Positions 23,501-35,862 of a DNA stretch of 64,000 nucleotides are shown here, piece after piece (position 1 is the stretch's first letter; each line of letters begins with the position of its first letter). The DNA comes from Dimargaris cristalligena. Lineage: Eukaryota. The position numbers were made by a program, and so were the translations under genes. Below the pieces are notes generated by a model. The model made no database searches, was not told the DNA's origin, and was given only the letters and a program-made list of their open reading frames with translations. The stretch spans positions 1 to 64,000 of the forward strand of contig ML002219.1 of assembly GCA_003614675.1 (NCBI GenBank). The letters run 5' to 3'.

Positions 23501-26500
23501 ACCCGGTCTATACAACGGGCTTTTGGAATTATCCAATTACTGGTAAGGGACCAGGCCTGGATGGCTTCTACCGTCCGAACCACCAATTGGAGACTGTTCC
23601 AGCTAATTTCGGAGGCGTCCGTCATACGCTCCAGGATATCACACAGGGACAGGAGGGTGGAGGATACCCAGTCGCCGCTAGTGTCAGTGAAGGGGATGAG
23701 GTCGGCTAATTTGACCAGGAAGTTCAAGGAATTTAAAAGAACCTCGGGTGGGACATGGGCTTCCAAGATCTACCAGGATGGGTGATTTTTGGAAAGAATT
23801 TGGTACAGTTACAATATACAGAAGAATGGTTTGAATGAAAACAGGGTAAATGGTTAAAAAATGGCGGAAAATAGTAAGATTTGCCGGCAATACTAAGGGT
23901 AGCTCAGCCCCAGATACCTAATAAATTCCTCCCATATCGGAACTGATACGAGCGATGCCAATCCGCCCGGTCGCCCCATGGTCGAGTCACTTACCGACAT
24001 TCGAACGAGGTTACTGGCCACCTCTAAAATTTCGGGATACTGTTTCAAATCCACCAGGATAAACAACAGCAGGAACCGGAGCATGTACTCATAGTTGTGG
24101 GCCGTTGATTCATACACAATGGTGGTCATCATAATTTCACCGATTTTCAATTTGAGGGCCGAGAAGGTGGTGCCCCGATTTTCAAGGGGACTGGCGTACA
24201 CTTCGCGAACCCAGCGGACGGTCAATTCACACTGCTCTTCACGGGAGAGCTGGCCCAGGGACCTACCCCCCGCCAGGGCACAATTGATGAATTGGGCCGC
24301 CGAGTCTCTCCCGCCCGAGGGTCCGGGCTGCGCACCTCTGTGGTGGACATTTGTCGTTTTAAAATGGTCGTAGGACGGGCGAGTAAAGCTGGAACCCGGG
24401 TCCGCCGGGCATTGGGTCGTACCTCCACTACGCGCGCTTCCGGGAAGAAACAGCCGGCCCAGACCGTTGGGTAATAAATTGCCGGGGCATCCGGCGGCCG
24501 GACCGGCGGATCCGGATTTCGGAGAGGGTGGCTCGGGTTCAGTAGTCGGACACAGGGGCAAGGAACCCAGATAATCGGGCATGGAGAGGAGGTCACCCAC
24601 CATCCGGAAAGCGGCCAAACGTAACTCGGATTCCGCCACGTGGACCTGCAGCTTGAAATCGGGGGCCAAATGGGGCAGCACCCGCTTCACGGCGGCCAGG
24701 AACTCGGGGATTAGCATCCGGATCCCTTCCAAATCGGAGAGAAACAGCGTTTGTCCGTGGAGTATAATGGCCTGGAGACATTCGTCCGCCCCCAAGCCGT
24801 CCCGGATCAATCGGTAGAAGGCCAGGAGATCCCGTTCCGCCGGTCGCCCTTTATCCACCTGCGGGGTTGTGAAGATTTTGAGCAGAGTTTCGTAAGCCTT
24901 GGCCCGGGCCCCGGCGTACATGCTGGCGGAAGCGGACGGGGAATGGTGGGGCGGTATCAGACCCGCTCGGGCCGCCGCGAATAGCCAGGGGCTCACCATG
25001 TCCATGATAACCGCCATGGGTGGGGGATAGTAAAGCTCGTGGGATTCGCTGCCGGGCGATAGGGCTGGCCTCGGTAAGTTACCCACGGAGAGGATCAGAG
25101 TGACCATCCGGCCCACCCCGACCATCAATTGATTTAAACTGGTCGGGGGGAGTCGCTCCGGCTGCCGGACGTGATACAGCACCTTGAGCCAGGCATAGTG
25201 GGTGAATTCCGACGGTAAATCGAGTTTCACTTGGTAGCCCTTAAAGGCAATGTTCACTCGACTGGATCCGATATAGGGACAGTCGGAATACATGATACGC
25301 AGCATGCGGTTGGTTAGTCCCAGGGATACGGCGTTCCATTCTAATATGATGCCTAGATGGTGCGACCAGCGCTGGAAGGCATTTTCGATGATATCCCAGG
25401 ACTCTTCGTCCATAATTTCTGAGCGGAGCCATAATTCATACAAGTTCTGATGGGTCGATGATGGTGTGGATAATCGTTGGCGGGATAGAGGTGAAGGGAT
25501 AACGGAAACAGGATAAGGGGTGAGTATTCGTAAATAACTAGCCCAATACCGATGTGGAATGAGCTAAAAATACCATGGTCGGTGAGGAAGGAGGGGCGAT
25601 AGACGTCGCTTTGGAGAGATTCAAGGCCTGGGTTAGCATTCGCAGGAAAGTCCTAATAGGTTTCCTTTTAAAGAGAAACTTACCCGTATTAGCGACTCGC
25701 ACAGTTCCTCGCCGACCCGCGACAGACGAACCGAGTCAATCTTCTTGGAAACTCGTTCATTGGGGGCCATGTCGGGACTATGCTCGGAGTTCCCATTTTT
25801 ACCGAACATATGGGTGGACTCGGCTTGATTCGGAGGATAGCGACTTAAAAGATAGTCCGAAACGCCCAGTAGGATCCGTATTAGCGTGGTCCAGGTTTCC
25901 TTGGACCAACCCGACGCCACCGTCCGCCCGGCAGTACTGAAGATCTGTAATATATGCTTGCATAGCTCAATATAGTCGGTATATTGGTTGGATTCGCGAA
26001 TACGGCCGGGGACAAGGGTGATATTAGATGCTCGGAGCGGACTCCGTCGTTTTGAGGTATGTGCATTCGAAAATGAAGGCGCTAGCGCCGGGGGTAGCTT
26101 GGCGGAATAGCTGGATTGGTCGGAGGGAGGTGGGTTGGGGCCCACCCCGGGTGGATCAAATATTAGGGACATGTGTAGAAATATTTTCTGGGTAGAGGAA
26201 GGCAAGGGGGCAGTGGTAATGCCAAATATAAGTGAATGACAAGCACAATTAGCCTCGATAATAGGTCCGATGGCGATAAAGTGCCTGAGAAGCCTCTCAT
26301 TTTTAACACCTAACCAAGTACGGGATTTAAACGAGGTAGTAGGTTGGGGCAGGTAGGTAAATAGGGGGCGCTTACTTGAAATAAGAGCTGCTCAGCACCC
26401 GCCTGTGACTGGGACCGAAAAGCCAGGGGCCGTTGATTTGGCTCTAATAACCACTGGCGATACAGATTCACAACAGCTTCGGTAAGAGCGAGGTCTTCCA

Positions 26501-27243
26501 GGGGTAGCTGGAAGGCCTGGCCCAGAATCTCCATCACCCACCAAACATGATTCACTGTCGGTAGGAGCGACCGGCTGGCGGTGGGGTTGGTGAGAACCGG
26601 CAGGATTTCGGATACGAGGGCGCGTCGGGTATGTAACGGAAAAAAGGCCAGCAAATCTTGATCTATTCCAGGGAGTGATGGGTAGATACACAACAATTCA
26701 TGCGAGACCCACAAAGTCACCCCCGTGGTAAGTTGGCATCATTAAGATATATTTGATCAGATAAGGTTTGTGATTTGGGAATTGAGATACTAGGTCAACT
26801 GGTAATGCATTCTGGAGTTGCGTATGGCCCAAAAATCGGGCGACCGGAAGGGGCAGTACATTCTGACCAGTTGGTTTGCCTGAGAACCCCGGTACTCGCA
26901 CGCTTGGCTACCAGTTCCAACTGAACGAACAAGCGAGCGAAGGACCCGAAAATGGACCTACATGTAGGTTTGGCATTCACCATGGCCAGCCCAATGAAAT
27001 GCATTCCCGCCATTTCTCTAGAATGGCCCATACCTGCACTACCCGGTGCTGCATACGGTGCCATGCACTGGCATCCCGTGCGGACGGCACCGGAGTTGTA
27101 GACCAAAGTGTGTTCCGAAATCGTCCCAAAAGGTACTAACCCACTATCGGTTCCCCTTATACTTCCTGGGGATAGTTGCCGAGGCCATACGTACCTTCAG
27201 GAACGGCGAGAATGCCCGAGTGCCGGATCCATTCGAGAAACAT
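20569..27243 (-). CDS. RALGAPB: Ral GTPase-activating protein subunit beta-like (C-terminal Rap/Ran-GAP-like domain), multi-exon
   Basis: Start MFLEW; HVWWVMEILGQAFQLPL; LYRQWLL; LLGVSDYLL; YELWLRS; WSHHLGIILEWNAVSLGLT; FWETLGWCVELPTYRGFKG; terminal ARRIAIQNI and SEFYKHF; end coordinate inferred from splice sites. Confidence 0.75.
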
Positions 27244-30200
27244 GGCGACGGCGGCGAGAAGTCAGAATGGAAAAGCTGGAGATGACAAGCGACCTGAAAT
27301 GAGACAAGTAGTACTGAGGGGCCCAATTCAAGTAACAAAAGGGCCGCACTTGGCGAATGCAGAGGCTCAAGGGAGAATGGACCCACAAGAAGGAGTATTA
27401 TTTTAATATATACCCTCTTATGTAGATATGTTTAATATATATATCTTAAAGGAAGAAATTATTAATAAATTAGTTAGCACCTAACAAATGATCATAAAAA
27501 GGGCGAAGTTCGCGATAGAGTAGTAGAACCAACCCCCCAAATACCCGACTCTACTTCCCCACTGGTGCCTTTCCTCCTGGTCTGGTAGCCTGCATTCCCC
27601 AGAATCCCGATATTCCTGGCTGTGTGTGTGTGTGTGTATGTGTACACGGCTCCTCTTAGCTCCAAGCAGGTATGGTGGTACGCCCTGCGTCCTAGTTGAT
27701 GGTCCTTACTGGGCCCTTGCAACCACAACTTTCCCACTGTGTATTTGGGAAAGCGTGAGAGCGACCTCTTTCTTGGTTTGGTGGCATGAAACCGTTTCAC
27801 TCCCCCTTATTGAGAAGTCCCAATATTACTAAACCATTATCCCCTTGTACACTACCTGACTGATTTGGCCTACCCGCTCATATGAGGCTCCTCCATCTCC
27901 AATTGTGAAACCAGCCAAGTCATATCACCCGCTGGAAGACCCATCCACCAACGACTTAGTTTAGTGTCTCAAATAATATACATTCACTTACTGGCATTTG
28001 CCCCGCAATTCCAAAGCATTACTATTGACTAAATGGCCATTATGTCTTTGATTTTTCCCATACCATTGGACAATCCATCCGAAAGTAATTTATTGCAAGC
28101 GTGACTAATGTGATCGGTCAATACCCCAGAAATCTACTTTTAGACTCCCAAAGTACTTGCCATGAACTGAAGTGTTCGAGTGTTTAAACACTGGCACAGG
28201 TGTGAACCCGTAGTATATCTTGCAAGCAATTTTGCGGCATGGATAATATACGAACCGGCGCTATTTGGGGATGTACACTCCAATTTCTAACTAATTTACT
28301 TCCGAGACGACTTGAATAAATGGCCGGATTACCGTACTGTATGCCAGTGGCATAGCTATGCAGTTCGACGAAGAGAACAGGGTTCGGGTACAATCTATTC
28401 TTTAATTATGGTTTACTGTACTTCCAGCCCCAAAGCGTTAGTGACTCTAATGCCTAGCTCATCTAAGGGACCCTGATACTCGCAGCAAATTTGTGGTACA
28501 TTCGTCCATAGCCCCTCTCTCATTCCCCAACCTTAAGCCGGTATGTAGTCTTTCAGATGAGGTGGAGGGCCATTAGACCAATTTATCCAACAGGATTTGC
28601 CCAATCGGTAACACCTTCCCTCTGGGACTATATGGTGGCAGATTAGTAGCCGCTAAATTACCTTGGGACTTTTAAGTATTTGACAAAGACGGAAAAGGGG
28701 CCTGCCTCACTATTAACTAAACTAAGCTAAATTAGATTGGACCAAATAAATATTCGCATTTCCCTCGAGATTCCATCAAGGGGAAAAGGGGGTCAGTCTG
28801 GGGTAGAATGAAGACAAGCATTTACGATTATCGTAATGGCAGTTCTCGAATAAACATATGACAGGTCTTTAACACTGCTTGCCATGAATAGTCAGGATAT
28901 CGCCGTGCACAGCGGGGTACAATGGCAGCCGCACACCATGGTCATTGCGGGTTGGGGAGGCTGGCGGTAATGAAGAGTTACTTACCATTAGCAAATCGGA
29001 ATATTGAGAACTAGAGCCCAGCTAGCGAACAACGACCCTGGTAAAGCGCCAGCGAGCGATGTTTCGGCCAAAGATCCACGATATAGCAAAGTGATGGGAA
29101 CTGGGGATTAAGTGACCATTTACCGGCGGACATGGGCCCATCTTACAGCCCAGATATTCGCCATCGCCATCGTGCAAGCAGCAAAGGCGGGCGAATAGCC
29201 GGCGATGACAGGCGGAATCGTCGACCGATGGACAATGTCCATAGATATAGATGGGGGCGGCGGACTAGGGGAGATGTGGCTGCTGGACCAACCAGCGGAG
29301 CCGATTAGACACCTATTATTATGTGGGTATGGTTTGGTAGTATGGGCCAAGTCGGTAGGGGAAGTAACAGAGTTGAAGAACCAGCTAGAGTACAGTGGTG
29401 GGGACCCGTAAACAATTGCGGGCCATCTCGAGGAACGACCAGTCAGAGGAAAGACCAAGCTGGGTGATCAACCTCATCGACTGCCAATTATAACCGGCTG
29501 AACGAATTGGGTAGGCAGGGCCAATCGATACCCACAGTCTCGGGAACATCGTTTCCCAAAGGAGGAGCGTTCATTCGGCCCCTTTGGGGGAGGATCAGGC
29601 TGGTCCAAGTGGCAATCGCTCCGAATATATTTCATCCCCCCCCCGTTCCACACTATCCATTTAAGCACTGTTCGTTTAGGTAAGGGAAATGGGCCTGACT
29701 AGGGATGTGGCCATGTAAAACGGATCCACAAGAGGATTGCAGAATAGGGTATGTGTGGCATTGCATTAGAAGCTAAGGGTGGGGTAAGAAACGGCAGGAG
29801 GGTCAAATCACCCTGTAGCCACTCAGTACCTTCCCCACTAGGCCAGAGTGTGTGGGTAAGGGGCCGTGTTATTATTCCCCAGACTGGCCAGTGCCAGTGA
29901 CACCCCAATGAATGACCCTGCTGTCATCAATGTTAAAAGAGAACTGGGCCATACAAAGGCTTATCCCAAATAAGCGTCCTGCCAAAGAGGTTCGTCGTTG
30001 GGGTCATAGCCAAGTGCGCGCGAATCCTGTTCCCTGGTTCCTCCGTGTATTGGCTGTGTGGCCCTCTGTTGGTATATCCCCAACTTATATAATTAAGCCC
30101 AGGCTCCCCCCCCCCGCGCGCGATCCGTGCTTCTTTTAGCTATGCTTTATTTTGTTCGATTTGTGGTGCACGCTGAATCTACCGATCCGCGCCTTCGTTT

Positions 30201-30792
30201 ATTATATCTAATTAATGCACCTCTGTCCTGTATGTATTTATGAATTGGATTGTATCTCTGACCGTATATATCTCGTCTCGTCTCGTTCCGTCTCTGTTAC
30301 CCCCACTTATATCTTCTGTTACTTAGTATATCTCCGTTTGACTCTTATTAACCGCCGGTTACTATACCGTCTTCTGCTACTACTGTCAGCGGCTATTTAA
30401 TTGTTTCCTGCATTGTACATATTATCCCTTACGAGGTCTGCCCTATAGTGTGTTCTAGCAACTTTTCTTGACAGTCCACCCCCTGTCGCTGTGTATCCTC
30501 TAACTCCGCTTTTAAGGTCCGGCAAGCTACTTTATTAATTACTCTACATACACCGCCCCTCGACCCCCCCACCACTGCTTTCTACATTGGTGGATCTCCT
30601 TCGTTAGCCGCTGTTTACTCTACAGTCTGAGCTACACTGGCACCTACCTGCATTCCACTGCTGCCATTATATATATATATCTAGATATATCACTCCAGTA
30701 TATCTTCACAGATACGCCAGCTCTTATTATTCGGGCACACGACTGGCCATGCTAACTAGACGAGGCACCTGCGACTGACCTCCTACAGCGTC

Positions 30793-33700
30793 ATGAACCT
30801 CTTTGCCTCGTCTCTTGCCGCCACCTACGATACTTTTCTGCAGACCCTTTTCCTCATCCACCTTCTCGCTCTCCTATGGTCCATCGCTCGCATCCGGGTG
30901 GCGGGGGAAAGGGTCCGCCTGGACCCTTTGGTGATGGTGCAAACCCGCGACATGCGGACCGCCATCACCTACGCGGTCCTCATCAGTCAGATTCTCCTCT
31001 TCAGCGCCGCCTGCATTGCCTTTGCTTTCACTTACCTCATTCCCTATCCGAGCGACACTCCCTTTAGTTCCCGGCTGGCCGCGTCGGACATGCTGCTCCA
31101 GTCCGTATATACCGCCGACTTTAGCAGTGTGGGTATGTGGGTGAGCCTGCTGTTATACAATGTCGGCATGATTATTTTCCTATTGGCCATGTTTGTGTTT
31201 AGCAGCCAGTGGGTGTACATTATTAATTTTACCCTGGGCGAGGAGTTCCTGGTGCCCCATCGGGCGGGCTTCGTGCAGTACCTCGTAGGTCTCGTCTTCT
31301 GTTTCTTAAGTATCGTGTTAACCGCGTGGCTCTCGGTGCACCAGTCGTGGGCCATTGCGCGCTCGGTGACCCGCCTGATATTCGCTATCCAGTGCCTTAT
31401 TCTAACCTGCTATGGTATGTGGGCCATTCGGCACCTTCGACGCACCCTGCGCATACGGCGGATCCAAATCAACTCCTTAACCTCGGTGTCCGCTATTATC
31501 CGCATGCAGCAGCTCGAGTTTATGGTTGAATACGCCGTTTACTTTGTGGTGTTCCTGGGCATGTACGGCATCTGCTACCTCATGGTCGATATTGATACTC
31601 TATCCCGCGCATACAATATTGGCTCGTCGCAGTTCGCAGGGGCTGGACTGACGTTCCTGGGCTGGTTTTCCTCCGCCGCCATGTTCCCGGTCCTGATTCT
31701 GGTCCTGTTCCCCCGTCCCTACGTGACCCTGCTTATCATGCTGACGCTTCTGACCGACGATTCCGTCGGCATGGATCCTGCTGTCCACCTCCTCAACAAC
31801 CCAGAGGTATCCGTGTCCCACCTCAGCACTGTACTCGAAACGATTATCACGAACCGCGCCCGGAATCACCGGGAATCCATCGGGTTTTCCACGTTTATGC
31901 GCAACAGTACCATTATGCCCCTGGACGAAATGACTCGCAAACAAATGCTGAACGAGAGTCTGTCGCGTATCATCGATGGTGTGATCCCCATTGAAACCAT
32001 TCGTTCGATGCCTTCCGCCCCGAGCCGTTCCAACTCTTCCTTCTTTTTGGGCCAGCGCCTCCGGTTAAGTATCCGCTCGGGGGTTAGTCGGATATCGAAT
32101 GCGTCTGACTGGGGTCTGCGCAGCGTCGGTCAACTAAGTCCCCTGTACCCCACAAGCACCAGTACCCGGGTGTCCACCTCCACTAACCCGGGGGCTTCGT
32201 ATCCCCAAATACCACCCGTACCACCACTGCCCCTGATCCAACGGGCCCCCGGCTCCCTGAATAAAGGCGAGCCCGCCTCTCCATACGTCGTAACACTCTC
32301 CCGGTCCTTTGGCTCGCAGCTCCACCGACAGGCCGACCCCTTGGGGGGAACAGTGGGCTTCTCAAACCCTCTGCAAACCAGCACCCTGCCACCGATTGCC
32401 AATAGCTCACCCATCCTCATGAACCCCGATGAAATCGAAAAGGTCATCTCCGACTCGGCCACCGAGGCCATGCGGGACTTGTCCAAGCCCACCACTCGGC
32501 TGCGGTCCCTGTCCAATTTTATGTCTCCTTTAGCTCTTTCCCTGACCGAACTCAACGCCGAAATGAAACGGACTAACACCCAAAAGTCCAATGGCATCAA
32601 ACCGAACGGTGCCGCCCCGACGCCCAAAAAATCCCTCCGGGGCAAGACTCCACCCGTATCGGCCCCCCGGTCCCCCAGTTCGGCCAACACCAGTCAAATG
32701 GGCCCCTGGCCGTCCCGGTCCGCCTCGTCATCCTCGAACCTTTCCGTCTACTCCCGGGCCGGTCCGTCCGCCCAGATTTCGGCTAACGTACCCGCGCTTC
32801 CCCCGAACCCAGCCGTGGTGATGCCAGCTCCTGAACCCCTTTCGCACGGCGGCCGTCGTAAGAAAAACCCTAATATGGCTGTTTTCACCCACGGTCGAGC
32901 TGGGGATACGCCGGGTCCGCGGACCGCCGAGGGCCTCCTCCTCACCCCGACGACCCGGTCTTCTCCACTGGCCACCTCCCCGCCCATCAACGCATCTATG
33001 TTGAACCAGTCCAACTCGGTATCGATTGTGGTGCAGTCACCCCAACCTCCGCCCAAACCATCCATGGCTTCCATGATTACTGCCACTACTCCATCGTCCC
33101 TAGTTGTCAGTGTGGCTTCCCGGCCTAGTCTCGATCGCCTTCCCACTTCGACCGGCACCTCCCAGCGGTCCTCTATACTGCCTTCCCCAGCCTATGGGTC
33201 CACGGTGGCCTTTGATCGGATGGAGCTGCCTCCCCTCCCTTCCCCTGTCATGGTTACCTCGATTGTGCTTCCATCCCCCGTCGACCCAGTGGGGCCCGCG
33301 ACTCCCTGCGCAGAACAAATGGATCCTCCCCGCTCGCCTGCTCACCCCAGCCTGCCTCGTCTTTGCCTTAGCTCTGTCGGCTGTCCAGAAAATGGTGAAA
33401 CTTCCCCCCTAGTGTCCCCCTCCCCCGATGATATTGACGAGGCTCTCCACCCTCTCCTATCTCCTTTGGGAACGTTCTACCCCTTCCCTCTGGACCAGCT
33501 CAAACCGCCCTGCCCCACCTACTCCAGGGGCCGGACTCCCATTTTCAGCCAAACACTGTTACCCGAAATTCAGGACCACTTCACCAGTCCCAATCTACTA
33601 AGCGAGGACCGGGTGGTCAGGGCCGAATGCGACCGGGAAACCGAGTCCGACCTCGGCCTTTCCCCGCATGACGTTGTCTCAGCGGCGTTACCCCCGCAGG

Positions 33701-35862
33701 TGATTGACAGTATTATCCGCCCCGAAGTCACCCGACGACGGGGAACCTACTCGGGGCGCTCCCCCGTGTGGTCCCGGGAAACTTTGGTCACGTCCCCTTC
33801 GAAACCCCGGGCCTCCCGGGAGGAGGGGGAGGACTCCGATTTCGACCTGCAGGAGGAAACCGCGGCCGCCTTGTCTGCCTTTCCCCACCCCCCGGGCACC
33901 CGCGTCAACGCCCGGGCGCTCGAAAATCTGGGTCTGCGGATACCCGCCCCCTTGGTCACGACCCCCACTTTCCCTTTTAATGACTCGAGTAGCACCATCC
34001 ACGGGTCCCGGGACATGGGTCTTCGACTGAGTTCGTTGGAGTGTCTCCGTATTAGCTCAGTGGCGAATTTGCCCTACTATAGCCGGCCCCGGCCCAAATC
34101 GCAGTCCCTCAGCGAAGTGGTGGTGACCACTGGGCTTAATGGCGACCCGGTCGGTGGAGCTGATCTGGGTGCGGGTGTCCATATGGGTGGTATATTGCCC
34201 GTTCGCTCGTCCGTCCAGTCCCAGCTCCACTGGACTAACCCAATTAACCAGTCCCGCGGTTCCTATAGCCTCCGACCTATATCCATGTCCCGTTCCACTA
34301 CCGCGGTTAGTGACGTCAGCATGGGCACAAGTAGCCACGGTAGCACCAATAATGATGGCAGTGACAATGGGCACTCCCGCTACCTTTATCCCCGGTCCCT
34401 TCCTCCGCTGGATTCGACCTGGCTGAATCAGCTAGGCATTGCCCAGGCGATCTCCGGGGAGGCCTTCGATCCCGAACCACCTCGCCCAGTCCTGCGTACT
34501 TCAGTGTATGTCCGCGAGTCCCGGAAGCCCAGCTTTGCCCTGGATTCCCTTTCCAATATCCACTCGTTTTCCTCCTCGGACTACTCGTCGCCTTTCGGAG
34601 AACTCAATGGCGGAGGAGGAGGAGAGCGGGAGGCCGAAGGAGTGACCGGCGGTCTGCGGTCATCCGTGTCCTCCCTCGACCGGCAGCCGTCCCGCAAACG
34701 GCGGCTTAAATTCAAGGGGAATTTGGAACACAAGGTTTTACGCACGGTGGAACTGGCAGAGAATTTCGATTATCGCCTCAAATTCTCCACGGACCCGGCC
34801 CGCAAGCGACAGATTCAGGTCCTGCCACCGGCGGAACTTAACCCGGCCAATCCCATCCGTGCCCGGGCCTTTTCGACGGCCTATGTCTCACCCCCCTTAC
34901 CGATTCCAATGTCCACGACTTCGTCAGGGGGGAGTCAGATCGGCTCCCCCCGCAGTCACGAACGCCCCCAGTCCTTGGTGTCCCCGCCGCCCCGGTCCAT
35001 GGGCTTCAGTATCAGTCGGCGACAGGGTTCCCGGCTTAATGTGGCCCTCTCGCTCGAAGAGCTGTTCAATACCAAAGCCGCCCGGCAACACCATCGCGAC
35101 GGCCAATCCCACCCCCTGCATTCACCGAACGAACTGAGCGACGACCCCGGGGCGGACCTGAACGTTTCCGGGCGGATTCATAGGGATCTGTTCGCATCGG
35201 ACTCTCTCGTGACCACCTCGTCGCAGTCCCTGTCGACATCGTTCACCCACTCCGACTCCCAAATCTCCCCCATACCGTCTATACGCTCCTCCCTGTCCAG
35301 CTGCTCGCTCCTGGGCCGCCACACGTCCTTTGGTAAAATCATTCGCACCATTAACCCCGGTCCCGGTGCCAGTGCTGATGATGCCGATGTGGAAGCGGAT
35401 ATTGCAGCGCCGCACCACCCATGTACATTGAACTACCTCCAGGACGTTGGCTACAGTTTCGCCGAGTCCCACAAATCGATCCAATCGGTCCTTAATGTAT
35501 CACGCCACTCGTCATCGGCGGCCTCCCGCGAACGGTCATCATCGTCCCTGTTCTTTCACCCCCTCCTGCCGTTTATTCCCCAACGGCTGTCCCAGCCCGA
35601 TCCGGCGTTTCCGCCCCGCTTCCACGGGCGGTCTCCCTCGGCGAACGCCCTGTTGGCCATGACCATGGCCATGCCCCCACCCGGTAGTCATACAAACGTT
35701 GAAGGAGGCGGACCGGCGGACTTGAAATACGGTCGGCCCAAGACTATGTTCAACCCTTCGACCCGTCGGAGCCGTCTCGCCCAGTCCACCCGTATGTCCC
35801 AACCTTATTCACCCGACTCCCATTCGACCCAACCCCAATACAGCCGTAAATCCCAACATTAG
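30793..35862 (+). CDS. Intronless 1689-aa protein: N-terminal 7-TM (GPCR-like) domain plus very long Ser/Pro-rich tail
   Basis: Seven hydrophobic segments in aa ~14-310 ending FPVLILVLFPRP; remainder low-complexity S/P/R-rich; 5-kb uninterrupted ORF. Confidence 0.85.
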   Translation: MNLFASSLAATYDTFLQTLFLIHLLALLWSIARIRVAGERVRLDPLVMVQTRDMRTAITYAVLISQILLFSAACIAFAFTYLIPYPSDTPFSSRLAASDMLLQSVYTADFSSVGMWVSLLLYNVGMIIFLLAMFVFSSQWVYIINFTLGEEFLVPHRAGFVQYLVGLVFCFLSIVLTAWLSVHQSWAIARSVTRLIFAIQCLILTCYGMWAIRHLRRTLRIRRIQINSLTSVSAIIRMQQLEFMVEYAVYFVVFLGMYGICYLMVDIDTLSRAYNIGSSQFAGAGLTFLGWFSSAAMFPVLILVLFPRPYVTLLIMLTLLTDDSVGMDPAVHLLNNPEVSVSHLSTVLETIITNRARNHRESIGFSTFMRNSTIMPLDEMTRKQMLNESLSRIIDGVIPIETIRSMPSAPSRSNSSFFLGQRLRLSIRSGVSRISNASDWGLRSVGQLSPLYPTSTSTRVSTSTNPGASYPQIPPVPPLPLIQRAPGSLNKGEPASPYVVTLSRSFGSQLHRQADPLGGTVGFSNPLQTSTLPPIANSSPILMNPDEIEKVISDSATEAMRDLSKPTTRLRSLSNFMSPLALSLTELNAEMKRTNTQKSNGIKPNGAAPTPKKSLRGKTPPVSAPRSPSSANTSQMGPWPSRSASSSSNLSVYSRAGPSAQISANVPALPPNPAVVMPAPEPLSHGGRRKKNPNMAVFTHGRAGDTPGPRTAEGLLLTPTTRSSPLATSPPINASMLNQSNSVSIVVQSPQPPPKPSMASMITATTPSSLVVSVASRPSLDRLPTSTGTSQRSSILPSPAYGSTVAFDRMELPPLPSPVMVTSIVLPSPVDPVGPATPCAEQMDPPRSPAHPSLPRLCLSSVGCPENGETSPLVSPSPDDIDEALHPLLSPLGTFYPFPLDQLKPPCPTYSRGRTPIFSQTLLPEIQDHFTSPNLLSEDRVVRAECDRETESDLGLSPHDVVSAALPPQVIDSIIRPEVTRRRGTYSGRSPVWSRETLVTSPSKPRASREEGEDSDFDLQEETAAALSAFPHPPGTRVNARALENLGLRIPAPLVTTPTFPFNDSSSTIHGSRDMGLRLSSLECLRISSVANLPYYSRPRPKSQSLSEVVVTTGLNGDPVGGADLGAGVHMGGILPVRSSVQSQLHWTNPINQSRGSYSLRPISMSRSTTAVSDVSMGTSSHGSTNNDGSDNGHSRYLYPRSLPPLDSTWLNQLGIAQAISGEAFDPEPPRPVLRTSVYVRESRKPSFALDSLSNIHSFSSSDYSSPFGELNGGGGGEREAEGVTGGLRSSVSSLDRQPSRKRRLKFKGNLEHKVLRTVELAENFDYRLKFSTDPARKRQIQVLPPAELNPANPIRARAFSTAYVSPPLPIPMSTTSSGGSQIGSPRSHERPQSLVSPPPRSMGFSISRRQGSRLNVALSLEELFNTKAARQHHRDGQSHPLHSPNELSDDPGADLNVSGRIHRDLFASDSLVTTSSQSLSTSFTHSDSQISPIPSIRSSLSSCSLLGRHTSFGKIIRTINPGPGASADDADVEADIAAPHHPCTLNYLQDVGYSFAESHKSIQSVLNVSRHSSSAASRERSSSSLFFHPLLPFIPQRLSQPDPAFPPRFHGRSPSANALLAMTMAMPPPGSHTNVEGGGPADLKYGRPKTMFNPSTRRSRLAQSTRMSQPYSPDSHSTQPQYSRKSQH

